A stretch of DNA of 64,000 nucleotides from Clostridia bacterium (GTDB lineage Bacteria > Bacillota > Clostridia > Oscillospirales > CAG-382), in contig JAFSNK010000030.1 in the NCBI GenBank assembly GCA_017447445.1, forward strand, positions 14,260 through 78,259, given 5' to 3'. Of the stretch, positions 46,321-57,623 are shown piece by piece (the stretch's first letter is position 1; every line of letters begins with the position of its first letter). The notes beneath the pieces are model-generated. The model had not been told where the DNA came from. It did not search any database and was given only the letters and a program-made list of their open reading frames with translations. The position numbers and the translations under genes are program-made.

Positions 46321-48942
46321 TTACAGCGTATACGTCCCGAGCACGGCGCGTTTTATCATCGCGTAGTCGGTAACGGTGATATAGCTCCTGCCGCTTACGA
46401 GCGCGGCGGCGTACTGAAATTCGTCCGGAGTGAAGCTGCCCAGGAACGCGCGCTTGATCATGGCGTAGTCGGTCGCGTCGATCCTTCCGTTGCCGGAAAC
46501 GTCGCCCCGCACTATAACCGTTACCGAAGAGACGGTTTCCCCGCCGCTTTGCAGCAGGAGCCGGCATCCGGTCACCGCGAGATCGTCCGCGGAAAGCGCT
46601 TCGCCGGAGGCGCTTACCAGCGCGACTTCGCCGGTGAACGCCGCGAGCAGACTGCCCGCCTTGGTTTCCGCCTTAACGCCGAGCAGCATATTCGAAGTGA
46701 GCGTGAGCGAGCCGTCCGTCAACCCGTATTCGCCGGAGCCGCCGGAGATATTGGCAAGATATTTGCCCAGCACGCGAATGAACTCCGCGGAGCAATAACC
46801 GCTTACGTTTCCGCTTTCGCGCACCCATTCGACGCGGTACCAGCCGTTTTCCGGTTCGCCGAAGAGCAAAAGCTCTTCTCCTTCGGGGAGCTGCGCGAGC
46901 GAACCGTAGTTCGTGCCCGGTCCGGCGCGCAGGTTAAGAAGCGTTGTAGGAGTGCCGCGGTAAATGGGAACGATATATTCCGCGGAAGCGTAGCCGCTTA
47001 TGCGTTTGCCGTCCGGATCCGTCCCGGTGACGCGGTACCAGCCGTTATCCGGCTCGCCGATAAGGATTATTCGCGCGTTTTCGGGAAGCGTGCCGACCGA
47101 TTCGTAATCCGAGCCCGGGCCGGTGCGGACGTGCAGGACCGAAGTCGTTTCGGCGTACTGCCGTTCACCGCCGGGAAGCGGTTCGGTCCCGGAGCCGCCG
47201 GAAAGCCGGGCGTAGCCGTAGGTCGCCTGGATATTGCCGGGCGTGCGTGTGCCCACAACAAAGCTCCAGCCGTCCTCCGGTTCGCCTATCACCGCGCAAT
47301 CGGAGCCGTTTATAAGTATCCCGTAGAAATAGGAACTGACCGATCTGTCTTCGTATACGTAAATATTTTCGCCCGCGGGGACGCGGTTTACAGCGACTTT
47401 GGGCGCGACGTACAGCAGATAAGCGCCGTTGACGTATCCGGTGACCGACCTGCCCGCGGTGTTGAGCCCGGTGACCTTGCACCAGTGCCCTATCGGTTCG
47501 CCGCTGACTCGCACCTCGGTGAGGAACGGTATTATTCCGACGATGGAGCTTTCGCCGTCCGGCTCCTTGCGGACGTAAAGCGTTTCGTAGGCGGTGACGA
47601 GCGCGCGGTATTCCGCGTGGGTATCCGCCACGGTCACGCGGAGCGTCCGCGAGATACCGTTTGCCGAAGTCGCGGTTATATCCGCCGTGCCGTTGTCGGC
47701 GGCGCAGACTCGCCCCAGCTCGTCGACGGTGGCGACAAGCGGGTCGGACGAAGTCCAGATAAGCAAGGTGTCGTCCGCCAGCGCGGGGACGACCGCCGTT
47801 TCGACTGTGTATATATCGCCCGGGACGAGCGTTACCGAATCCTTTACGAAGGCGATTTCGGAAACGTCGCATCTGTGCGGCACGACGTTGTCCGCGGAAA
47901 CGTATCCCGTCATAACGTCGCCGTTGATGTTATATCCGTAGACGCGGCGGAACGCGCTTCCGTCCGGGCCGTAATAGAGCGCGTCGGAAAGCGTTTTCAC
48001 CGGAGTGCCGTTATACATATAAACGTAGCCGGAGCCGACGTCCGGGGAGGAATGCACCTTCGCCCAGGCGTCCACTATGGTGGCGTTGCAGTCGACGTAT
48101 ACGATACAGCACGCCTCGCGCCCGTTGGCGAGCGTGGCGGTGATCAAAGTCGTTCCGTGGGCGAGCGCGCGCACGTTGCCCTCCTCGTCCACCGAGGCGA
48201 CCGATTCGTTGTCGCTCTTCCAGGTGAGAACGGACGGCTCCGCTTCCGGGAACGCGGAAACGGTCAATTGCTCGCTTTCGCCGATATCGAGCCACATACG
48301 GTCTTTATTGAATATTATCCCGACGATGCCGTCCTCGTCCGGAGTCTGGTCGTCGTATTCGGTCAGGCCGTATTTTTCTATGCATCTTATAACGCTTTCG
48401 GCATAGCCCGCGTCGCCGCAGTAGCCCGTGGTCATAAGCAGGCGGGCGACGTCTTTATAATCGTGATTGCCGACGATGGCGTTGAAGCGCGATTCATAAA
48501 AGAACAGCCAACTGTGCGTATCGACGCTGTCGCGCCAGGACCGGTCCGCCCGCCAGGCGGAAACGGTGTTCGCGTAGGACGCGCCCTTCGCCGTGAGCAG
48601 GTCGGAATACGAAGCGTAGGTGGTTCCGCCCGTCGGGTCGAATATCATACCCGGCGAATTGAAATAAGCGCGGATGCCGAAAAGGTTGTTCGCCGCGGCG
48701 GGAAGCGTGTAGGCGGCGAATCCGCTTTCGACTATCGCCTGAGAAACGGTTATCGACGCGAGCACGTCATTTTCGTAGTAATCCGCGCGGGCGAGCGAGC
48801 CGAGCGTGCGGATGAAATAGACCTGCAGCCGGTGCAGCCCGGGGTAATCGGCAGCCGCAAAGGCGGAAAACGGCAGGGCGAAAACGGCGGGCAGCAAAAG
48901 CGCCAGCGCCAGTATGAAAGCTATGTATCTGCGTGTTTTCAT
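46321..48942 (-). CDS. Secreted multidomain peptidoglycan hydrolase: GH73-like glucosaminidase, two Big_2 domains, several SH3_3 domains and a C-terminal dockerin-like module
   Basis: Signal peptide MKTRRYIAFILALALLLPAVFA. Glucosaminidase-like block SQAIVESGF...NNLFGI. Big_2-like LTVSAFPE...WKSDNESVASVD. SH3-like LHVRTGPGSDYESVGTLPE...GWYRV repeated. Dockerin loop GDVSGNGRIDATDYAMIKRAFLG, followed by a second, degenerate segment. Confidence 0.85.
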   Translation of the reverse strand: MKTRRYIAFILALALLLPAVFALPFSAFAAADYPGLHRLQVYFIRTLGSLARADYYENDVLASITVSQAIVESGFAAYTLPAAANNLFGIRAYFNSPGMIFDPTGGTTYASYSDLLTAKGASYANTVSAWRADRSWRDSVDTHSWLFFYESRFNAIVGNHDYKDVARLLMTTGYCGDAGYAESVIRCIEKYGLTEYDDQTPDEDGIVGIIFNKDRMWLDIGESEQLTVSAFPEAEPSVLTWKSDNESVASVDEEGNVRALAHGTTLITATLANGREACCIVYVDCNATIVDAWAKVHSSPDVGSGYVYMYNGTPVKTLSDALYYGPDGSAFRRVYGYNINGDVMTGYVSADNVVPHRCDVSEIAFVKDSVTLVPGDIYTVETAVVPALADDTLLIWTSSDPLVATVDELGRVCAADNGTADITATSANGISRTLRVTVADTHAEYRALVTAYETLYVRKEPDGESSIVGIIPFLTEVRVSGEPIGHWCKVTGLNTAGRSVTGYVNGAYLLYVAPKVAVNRVPAGENIYVYEDRSVSSYFYGILINGSDCAVIGEPEDGWSFVVGTRTPGNIQATYGYARLSGGSGTEPLPGGERQYAETTSVLHVRTGPGSDYESVGTLPENARIILIGEPDNGWYRVTGTDPDGKRISGYASAEYIVPIYRGTPTTLLNLRAGPGTNYGSLAQLPEGEELLLFGEPENGWYRVEWVRESGNVSGYCSAEFIRVLGKYLANISGGSGEYGLTDGSLTLTSNMLLGVKAETKAGSLLAAFTGEVALVSASGEALSADDLAVTGCRLLLQSGGETVSSVTVIVRGDVSGNGRIDATDYAMIKRAFLGSFTPDEFQYAAALVSGRSYITVTDYAMIKRAVLGTYTL

Positions 48943-49000
48943 CGCCGTTCTCCCCGTTTATTTGCGGATATATCTCCATTTTAGATAACTATACATTTTG

Positions 49001-49029
49001 ATAATAACACAAAAACCGACTTTTGTCAA
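49001..49029 (-). promoter_or_regulatory. Putative sigma-A promoter of the GH73-dockerin gene
   Basis: The minus strand reads TTGACA-17 nt-TATTAT. Confidence 0.55.
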
Positions 49030-49032
49030 CAC

Positions 49033-49080
49033 AAAACCCCCGCAAGCGTTTTTCTTTCGCGCCCGCGGGGGTGTGTTTTT
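49033..49080. terminator. Hairpin terminator downstream of prfA
   Basis: CCCCCGC-21 nt-GCGGGGG with U-runs on both strands. Confidence 0.6.
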
Positions 49081-49098
49081 ATTCGTATTTGCGTCCGG

Positions 49099-50163
49099 TC
49101 AACTGTTCGCAAGCTTTTCCGCCCTGTCGGCGGCGGTGAGCGCGTCGATCATCTCGTCGAGCCGCCCGTTCAGAAAGCTTTCCAGCGAATAGAGCGTTAA
49201 ACCGATGCGGTGATCGGTCACCCTGCCCTGCGGATAGTTATAGGTGCGGATACGCTCGCTCCTGTCCCCGGTGCCGACCTGACTGCGGCGCTCGGAGGCG
49301 ACCTCCTGCTCTTTTTTGCTGTTGTAAAGGTCGGCAAGCCGGCTTTTCATTATTCTAAGCGCCTTGTCCTTGTTTTTTATCTGCGAGCGCTCGTCCTGGC
49401 AATCCACGGTTATCCCCGTGGGGATATGGATTATCCTTATCGCCGATTCGGTCTTGTTCACGTGCTGTCCGCCCGCGCCCGCGGAACGGTGGCGGGTGAT
49501 CTCCAGCTCGTTCATATCCAGCTCGAAATCCACGTCCTCCAGCTCCGGCAGTACGGCGACCGTGGCGGTGGAGGTCTGTATCCTGCCCTGCGCCTCGGTT
49601 TCCGGGACGCGCTGCACGCGGTGGACGCCGCTTTCGTATTTGAAGCGCGAATAGGCGTTTTCGCCCTCGACGGTGAAGGATATCTCCTTGAACCCGCCCA
49701 GCTCCGTCTCGTTGCAGCCCAGAAGCTCCACCTTGAAGCCCGCAGATTCGGCGTACATCGTATACATCCGGTAAAGCACCGCCGCGAAAAGCGAAGCCTC
49801 CTCGCCCCCGGCGCCGGCGCGGATCTCGATTATAACGTTCTTATCGTCGTTCGGGTCCCTGGGGAGCATAAGCACCTTGAGCTCCTGCAGAGTGCTTTCC
49901 GCCGTTTCCTTCGCCTGAACGAGCATTTCTTCCGCAAGCTCGCGCATATCCCTGTCGTCCTCGTCCTTTAAAAGCGCTTCCGCTTCGGAAATATCCGACA
50001 GCGCCTTTTTATACTCGCGGTATTTTTCGACTATCGGCGAAAGGTTTTTGTATTCTTTCATATAATTTTTATAGCTTTCCATATCCGCGACTACCTCCGG
50101 CGCGGAAAGCTTTTCTTCTATTTCCTCGAACCTTTTTTCAAGGCGCGACAGTTTTTCTGTCAT
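49099..50163 (-). CDS. prfA: Peptide chain release factor 1
   Basis: [17 protein letters not shown] and [14 protein letters not shown] (GGQ) motifs. I moved the start to the ATG at 50163, which has a GGAGGTG RBS 6 nt upstream. Confidence 0.95.
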   Translation of the reverse strand: MTEKLSRLEKRFEEIEEKLSAPEVVADMESYKNYMKEYKNLSPIVEKYREYKKALSDISEAEALLKDEDDRDMRELAEEMLVQAKETAESTLQELKVLMLPRDPNDDKNVIIEIRAGAGGEEASLFAAVLYRMYTMYAESAGFKVELLGCNETELGGFKEISFTVEGENAYSRFKYESGVHRVQRVPETEAQGRIQTSTATVAVLPELEDVDFELDMNELEITRHRSAGAGGQHVNKTESAIRIIHIPTGITVDCQDERSQIKNKDKALRIMKSRLADLYNSKKEQEVASERRSQVGTGDRSERIRTYNYPQGRVTDHRIGLTLYSLESFLNGRLDEMIDALTAADRAEKLANS

Positions 50164-50222
50164 AGAGACACCTCCGGACGACATATAGATTGAACGGAAC
50201 AAAATAAAGGAGCAGGATTATT

Positions 50223-52774
<2,552 letters not shown>

Positions 52775-52798
52775 GATAGAAAACTCCTTTCGAAAAAA

Positions 52799-53113
52799 TC
52801 AATGTGCGGTGACGCGGATATTTTTCGGATATTCGCGCGCCAGCGCGGTAAGTTCATCCTTGAGCCCCTTTGCGAGCAGCTCCGCGCGTTCGTCGCCCGG
52901 GTCGAAAGAAAACGCTATTTCCGCGGTTTCTTCGTTCACCTTCGCTTCCGATCCGGCGCGGAAACGCCCGGATATCGTGTTTACGGTGAGCCGGACCATT
53001 GCGGAGACCGCCGCGCAGACTATATCGCCGCCGGATTCCGCGTAGCCGGAATGGCCGCTTATGCGAAAGCCGCACAGTCTGCCCGATTCCGAAACAAAAT
53101 CTGCGGTGATCAT
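52799..53113 (-). CDS. prp: Ribosomal-processing cysteine protease Prp
   Basis: It lies between rplU and rpm[19 protein letters not shown] contains the His and Cys dyad. Confidence 0.85.
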   Translation of the reverse strand: MITADFVSESGRLCGFRISGHSGYAESGGDIVCAAVSAMVRLTVNTISGRFRAGSEAKVNEETAEIAFSFDPGDERAELLAKGLKDELTALAREYPKNIRVTAH

Positions 53114-53421
53114 TTCTTTGCGACAGAAACTATCTGAAGCTTGGTGTAGGGCTGTCTGTGGCCGATGTGCTTTTTGGAATCCTTTTTCGGCTTGTAGCGG
53201 ATGATATGGATCTTTTTGCCTTTGCCGTTCTTAACGACGTTGGCGGTAACAGTCGCTTCCACCGTGGGGGTGCCCGCAACGAAATCTTCGCCGTCGCCTA
53301 TGGCAAGAACCTTTTCAAAGGTGTAGGTGGATCCTTCTTCCAGATCGAGCTTTTCGACGAATATGATGTCGCCTTCGCTGACTCTGTACTGTTTTCCGCC
53401 CGTTTCCACTATTGCAAACAT
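53110..53421 (-). CDS. rplU: 50S ribosomal protein L21
   Basis: [26 protein letters not shown] trimmed the track ORF 53110..53769 to the ATG at 53421. Confidence 0.95.
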   Translation of the reverse strand: MFAIVETGGKQYRVSEGDIIFVEKLDLEEGSTYTFEKVLAIGDGEDFVAGTPTVEATVTANVVKNGKGKKIHIIRYKPKKDSKKHIGHRQPYTKLQIVSVAKK

Positions 53422-53497
53422 TGAATGACCTATCCTTTCCGTAGTCTCGCTGACCGGGGTGCGCGGATGCGACTTGAAAGACCCCATACATGCGGCA
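53422..53497 (-). promoter_or_regulatory. rplU 5' leader, a possible L21-leader-type element
   Basis: A roughly 75-nt GC-rich leader between the promoter-like element and the RBS. I did not verify the structure. Confidence 0.3.
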
Positions 53498-53503
53498 GAT
53501 GCT

Positions 53504-53532
53504 AGTGTAACACAAAAAACCCGGGATGTCAA
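53504..53532 (-). promoter_or_regulatory. Putative sigma-A promoter of rplU-prp-rpmA
   Basis: The minus strand reads TTGACA-17 nt-TACACT. Confidence 0.5.
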
Positions 53533-53570
53533 GAGTTTTTTTATCCGCGGCGGATATTTTTTACATAAAT

Positions 53571-53597
53571 AAAAACGCCGCGCGGAAATGCGCGGCG
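53571..53597 (-). terminator. Intrinsic terminator of spo0A
   Basis: The minus strand reads CGCCGCGC-ATTTCC-GCGCGGCG followed by TTTTTATTT. Confidence 0.7.
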
Positions 53598-53624
53598 CGG
53601 GAGGGGAAAATATGGGAAAAGGCG

Positions 53625-54401
53625 TTATACGGTCGCCATGGCGCGGTTTTTGAGCCGCAGATTGTCGGAGATCATGGCGATGAACTCCGAATTGGTGGGC
53701 TTCCCGCGGGAATTCTGCACGGTGTACCCGAAGAACGAGGTGAGCACGTCGACGTCTCCCCTGTCCCACGCGACTTCTATCGCGTGGCGGATGGCGCGCT
53801 CCACGCGGGAGCTGGTGGTGTTATACATCTTCGCGACGGAGGGATAGAGCACCTTTGTTACGGAGTTTATAACGTCCGGCGTGTTTATAGTCATCATTAT
53901 CGCGGTGCGGAGGTATTGATAGCCCTTGATGTGCGCCGGAACGCCGATCTGGTGGATTATTTTGGTGACCTGCGCTTCCAGATCGCTTTCGTCCCTGCCG
54001 GGGACGGCGGCGCTTCCGCGCTTGCGGCCTTTTTCGGCAAGGCGCTTTACCCTGTCCGCCAGCGCGTTGAAGTCAAGCGGCTTCAGCATACAGTAGGCGG
54101 CGCCTGCCTCGCAGCATTCCTCGAAGAGGTTCTGGCTGTGGAAGGAAGCCAGCATTATGAACGCGGGGAAATCCGCCGCAAGCTGTTTTTTGGCGGTGCG
54201 GATAAGACCGACGCCGTCGATCTTGCCTAAGTACAGGTCGGAGATCACTATGTTCGGCTTCAATCTCACAAGCTTGTTGCAGGCGTCCTGGCCGTCCGCC
54301 GCCTCCGCGACGACGTCTATGTCCAGCCGTCTCAGATTCATAACGCACTGCTTTCTGAAATCGGCGTTGCTGTCGGCTACTAAAACTCTCGGTTTTTCCA
54401 T
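53625..54401 (-). CDS. spo0A: Sporulation master response regulator Spo0A
   Basis: The Spo0A-specific C-terminal domain is present: [20 protein letters not shown]...[31 protein letters not shown]...KPTNSEFIA. The N-terminus is a receiver domain. Confidence 0.93.
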   Translation of the reverse strand: MEKPRVLVADSNADFRKQCVMNLRRLDIDVVAEAADGQDACNKLVRLKPNIVISDLYLGKIDGVGLIRTAKKQLAADFPAFIMLASFHSQNLFEECCEAGAAYCMLKPLDFNALADRVKRLAEKGRKRGSAAVPGRDESDLEAQVTKIIHQIGVPAHIKGYQYLRTAIMMTINTPDVINSVTKVLYPSVAKMYNTTSSRVERAIRHAIEVAWDRGDVDVLTSFFGYTVQNSRGKPTNSEFIAMISDNLRLKNRAMATV

Positions 54402-54472
54402 TTTCGTTGCTCCTTTGATTTGATTTTCGTACCGGCGATATCATTTCGTCGGTTCTTAATGTTTACGGGAAT

Positions 54473-54501
54473 ATTTTACCAAACCGGAAGCGCGTTTTCA
54501 A
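54473..54501 (-). promoter_or_regulatory. Putative sigma-A-type promoter of spo0A
   Basis: The minus strand reads TTGAAA-17 nt-TAAAAT. Confidence 0.4.
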
Positions 54502-54616
54502 TAGGTCTGCGCCATTTTTGTGCCTTTCGGGGACAACTTTCGTACAACATTTTTCGCCGTTTGTAGCGTAAAACGGCACGCTTTCGCCGCAAAATCACAA
54601 AAATCGTGTAATATTT

Positions 54617-54633
54617 TGTCGTATAATGTCGAA
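54617..54633 (+). promoter_or_regulatory. Tandem 0A-box-like motifs upstream of spo0A
   Basis: TGTCGTA and a perfect TGTCGAA lie 10 bp apart, about 120 bp upstream of the putative promoter. Confidence 0.35.
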
Positions 54634-54759
54634 AAATATCGCAAAAAGCGGGAAAAAGCCGGGGCGTGCGGAAGCGGGCGGCATAGCGTCGACAAGGCGC
54701 GAAAAGCGGCGTCTCCGATGCCGGAAACGCCGTTTCTGCCGTGATCCTCTTTCCTTCTT

Positions 54760-55815
54760 TTACGCCGCCAGACCGTCTGCCGCGCAGCAGGGCTCCGCCG
54801 CGGAAAGCATATTTTCGATACAGATGCCGTAGCCGCGAAGCGGGTCGTTCACCAGCACGTGAGTGACCGCGCCGACGAGCTTGCCGTTCTGTATAACGGG
54901 GCTGCCCGACATTCCCTGCACGATACCGCCCGCCGAATCTTTAAGCCGTTCGTCGGTGATCTTTATAAGGAAATTCTTGGTCTTCCCCGAACCGTTGTAG
55001 ACCTGCTCGATCTCGGCTTCGTATTCGCGCGGGCCCCCGCCCGAAAGCGTAGTCAGTATGCTTGCCTTCCCTTCCGAAAGCTCGCCGCGCTCCGCCACCG
55101 GGATCGGCTTGCCCGCGCCTTCCGGCAGCGCGAAAAATCTGCCGAAAACGCCCTGATCGGTATTAGCGGTCAGTTCGCCGCAGGGCTTGCCGGAAAACTC
55201 GCCGCGAAGCTCGCCGGGTTCGTTCCTTTCGCTCTTCACCACCGAGGTGATATCCACGTTCACCACGCTGCCGCGCCGCAGCGGCAGCAGCATCGAAGTC
55301 CCGGCGTCGTAAATGCCGTGCCCCAGGCCGCCGAACTCCAGCGTGTCCGGCACGATATACGTCACCGTGCCGATGCCCGCCGCGGAATCCCGCACGAGCG
55401 CGCCGATGCGGTATTTTCCGCTTTCAAGCTCGCGCACGGGGGTGACTTCCGCGCGGTATTCCTTCTCGCCCCGGAGGTAAGTCAGCACTATCGGCTTGCC
55501 TCCGGCGCCGGATACCGTTTCTATCAGTTCCTCCGCCGATTCAAACTCGACTCCGCCCGCGCGGATTATCACGTCGCCCGCGCGCAATCCGCATTCCTTT
55601 GCCGGAGAAGCCAGCCCCGAAACGGTTTCGACTCCGGTCGTTCCCAGCACAAGCGCGCCTTTGGTGTAAAGCTTCACGCCGAACGGCATGCCGCCGGGAA
55701 TAAGCTCGACCGCGGCGTTTGCTCCGGCGGCACGCGCAGCCGGCGCCGCAGCGGGCAGCGAAATCACAAGCGCGGCAAGGATCGCCGAAAGCCATTTTGC
55801 TCTTTTGCTCTTCAT
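54760..55815 (-). CDS. spoIVB: SpoIVB signalling serine peptidase (S55)
   Basis: Signal/TM segment, a PDZ-like segment (GLRAGDVIIRAGG) and the protease core GIGTVTYI...GGLGHGI...QGMSGSPVIQNGKLVGAVTHVL. Confidence 0.88.
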   Translation of the reverse strand: MKSKRAKWLSAILAALVISLPAAAPAARAAGANAAVELIPGGMPFGVKLYTKGALVLGTTGVETVSGLASPAKECGLRAGDVIIRAGGVEFESAEELIETVSGAGGKPIVLTYLRGEKEYRAEVTPVRELESGKYRIGALVRDSAAGIGTVTYIVPDTLEFGGLGHGIYDAGTSMLLPLRRGSVVNVDITSVVKSERNEPGELRGEFSGKPCGELTANTDQGVFGRFFALPEGAGKPIPVAERGELSEGKASILTTLSGGGPREYEAEIEQVYNGSGKTKNFLIKITDERLKDSAGGIVQGMSGSPVIQNGKLVGAVTHVLVNDPLRGYGICIENMLSAAEPCCAADGLAA

Positions 55816-55940
55816 AGTCCGCTCCCTGTTTTTTTGACAATGTTACGTTGCCCATCGTTTAATTTCTGCAAATGCGGGAGCGATTATTCAGCCAAAAAAT
55901 TCAATGCGGCGACGGCGCTTTCATTATTATTTATTATATG

Positions 55941-55977
55941 AAAATTAAAACGGCGGAAAACCGGTTCAGCGCCGTTT
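55941..55977 (-). terminator. Hairpin at the 3' end of the 147-aa membrane-protein gene
   Basis: The minus strand reads AAACGGCG-14 nt-CGCCGTTT followed by TAATTTT. Confidence 0.5.
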
Positions 55978-56409
55978 CATAACGCGCTTCACGCCTCTTT
56001 TGCGGCGGTATTTAAGCGCGTGCGCGGAATACGCGCCCAAAGCGGCGGATACGGCAAGCGCGCCGAGGTTGAGCAGGGCGGAGAGCCACGCCCCGCCGCG
56101 CGGGGAGATAAGCGTGGCGCACAGCATCGCCAGCGCAAGCGGCAGCGCGGATACCGCCGCCGCCGCCAAAGTACCGAGCGACCCGCTTGCGACCGCGGCG
56201 AACGCCCCGGCAAACCCTCCGAGCGCGATGCAGACCGCCGCGAGCGGGACGGCGAGCGAATCCGGGTCCGGCGACCTTTGGGCGGCGAGCGCAAGCAGCA
56301 GCGCCGCAAGCAGAGCCACGGCGAGCCCGGCGGCTCCGCACAGCAGAGCGAGCGGAAACCCGCTTATCGCGCGGCGTTTGGTTTTGCGGCGCAGAGTATC
56401 GTTATCCAT
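55966..56409 (-). CDS. Hypothetical Ala/Leu-rich membrane protein (147 aa)
   Basis: This is the only frame of the six open here whose product looks like TM helices flanked by basic termini. I chose the frame for that reason only. Confidence 0.5.
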   Translation of the reverse strand: MDNDTLRRKTKRRAISGFPLALLCGAAGLAVALLAALLLALAAQRSPDPDSLAVPLAAVCIALGGFAGAFAAVASGSLGTLAAAAVSALPLALAMLCATLISPRGGAWLSALLNLGALAVSAALGAYSAHALKYRRKRGVKRVMKRR

Positions 56410-56467
56410 ATGAATCTTTCCTTTCGCGGTTCTTTCATATGAAAAATATATGCGCCTTTTCCCGCCG

Positions 56468-57505
56468 TTATTCGCCGAGTATCCGTTTTACCTCTTTCCC
56501 GGTGAATTCCCGCAGCGCGTCGGTACAAAGCGCGGAAACGTATATTTCCTCCGCTTTTCCGTGCAGTGCGCGCGCCGCCGCAAGTTCCTTTTGCGCGGCG
56601 GCTTCTATGCCCGCGGCGAGCGAATCGAGCTCCCTCACGCGCTTTTTCGTTTCCTTCGAAGCCGTGCAGAAGCGCGCCGGGGTTTGCGGCTTCGAATACG
56701 AATACTCCGCGCAGGGCGGCGCGGGCAGCAGCGTGAACAGTACGCCGTCCCGCGGGAAATAAAGCGAATCGTATTCCTCCGCGTTTGTCGCGCAGAGCGA
56801 AACGATATGCTCTTTTTTGCTTCCGCGCGCGTATTCCGCGGCGAATTTAAGAAAAAGCTTCGCCGCGCGGATATCGTTCCCGAGCGGGATAAGGGCTTCC
56901 GCCCGCCCGAAGCAGGGCAGGATCTTCAACCCCTCCGCGGTGAACGCCGACGCGAACACTGCCTGCCCGTCTCCCTCTCCCCCGGAGGGGGCGTATTTGT
57001 CCACCGCGCGCCGCGCCGCGCGCTTTATCGCCGCTTCGTCGTATGAAGCAAGCGCGCCCGCCGTTTTGCACACCGCGCCCGCCGCGCCGAGCAGGCGGTA
57101 GGCGGCGCCGTAGTGAAAAGCTTTTTGCGCGGTGATCGCCGCAAGTTCGTCCCCGTGCGGCAACAGCGGTTTTTCGTCGATGAACGCGCCGAGGTCGATA
57201 AGTCTTTCGCGCAGGACCGGGTTTTTCGGCTCCAGCACGTGCGGAGCCGTTCCGTCCGCCGCCGCGATGCGCAGCTCCGGCACTATCACCGCGTCCAGCG
57301 AATCCGGATCGCCGGAGCAGTATACCCGGTGCGCCGCAAGCCCCCTTTCCTCCGCTTCCGACGCGATGGTTTTCATAAACGTCGATTTTCCGCATCCGCT
57401 GGTCCCCTTGATGATATACAGCCGGTCGGCTCCGGCAAGCACCCGGTCAAATATCGAAACGAACCCTTTTTCGGTGTTCGCGCCCGCAAAAAATTCCATA
57501 TGCAT
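56468..57505 (-). CDS. P-loop NTPase of unknown function
   Basis: Walker A IIKGTSGCGKSTFM. A GGAGG RBS precedes ATGCATATG, so the start is 57505 or 57499. The track start 57616 is not supported by an RBS. Confidence 0.7.
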   Translation of the reverse strand: MHMEFFAGANTEKGFVSIFDRVLAGADRLYIIKGTSGCGKSTFMKTIASEAEERGLAAHRVYCSGDPDSLDAVIVPELRIAAADGTAPHVLEPKNPVLRERLIDLGAFIDEKPLLPHGDELAAITAQKAFHYGAAYRLLGAAGAVCKTAGALASYDEAAIKRAARRAVDKYAPSGGEGDGQAVFASAFTAEGLKILPCFGRAEALIPLGNDIRAAKLFLKFAAEYARGSKKEHIVSLCATNAEEYDSLYFPRDGVLFTLLPAPPCAEYSYSKPQTPARFCTASKETKKRVRELDSLAAGIEAAAQKELAAARALHGKAEEIYVSALCTDALREFTGKEVKRILGE

Positions 57506-57551
57506 ACCTCCGTTATATATAAAGTATATGCGGATACGCGGGATTTTCCGC

Positions 57552-57580
57552 AAAAAAAGAAGCCCCGGCGGGACTTCTTT
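57552..57580 (-). terminator. Intrinsic terminator after the oxidoreductase gene
   Basis: The minus strand reads AAAGAAGTCCCGCCGGGGCTTCTTTTTTT. Confidence 0.65.
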
Positions 57581-57623
57581 GCGGAATACCGTTTTGTTCG
57601 ATTTGCTTGCAGGCAATATAATA

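Noticed and set aside
46063-48984. 973-aa plus-strand ORF
   Set aside because: It is antisense to the GH73-dockerin gene, which has a clear signal peptide and domain motifs. The product is R/G/V/A-rich with no motifs, and its 5' part runs through the non-coding repeat leader.
53422-53769. N-terminal extension of rplU (track start 53769)
   Set aside because: It spans the spo0A terminator and the rplU promoter-like element. L21 homology starts at MFAIVETGG (ATG at 53421).
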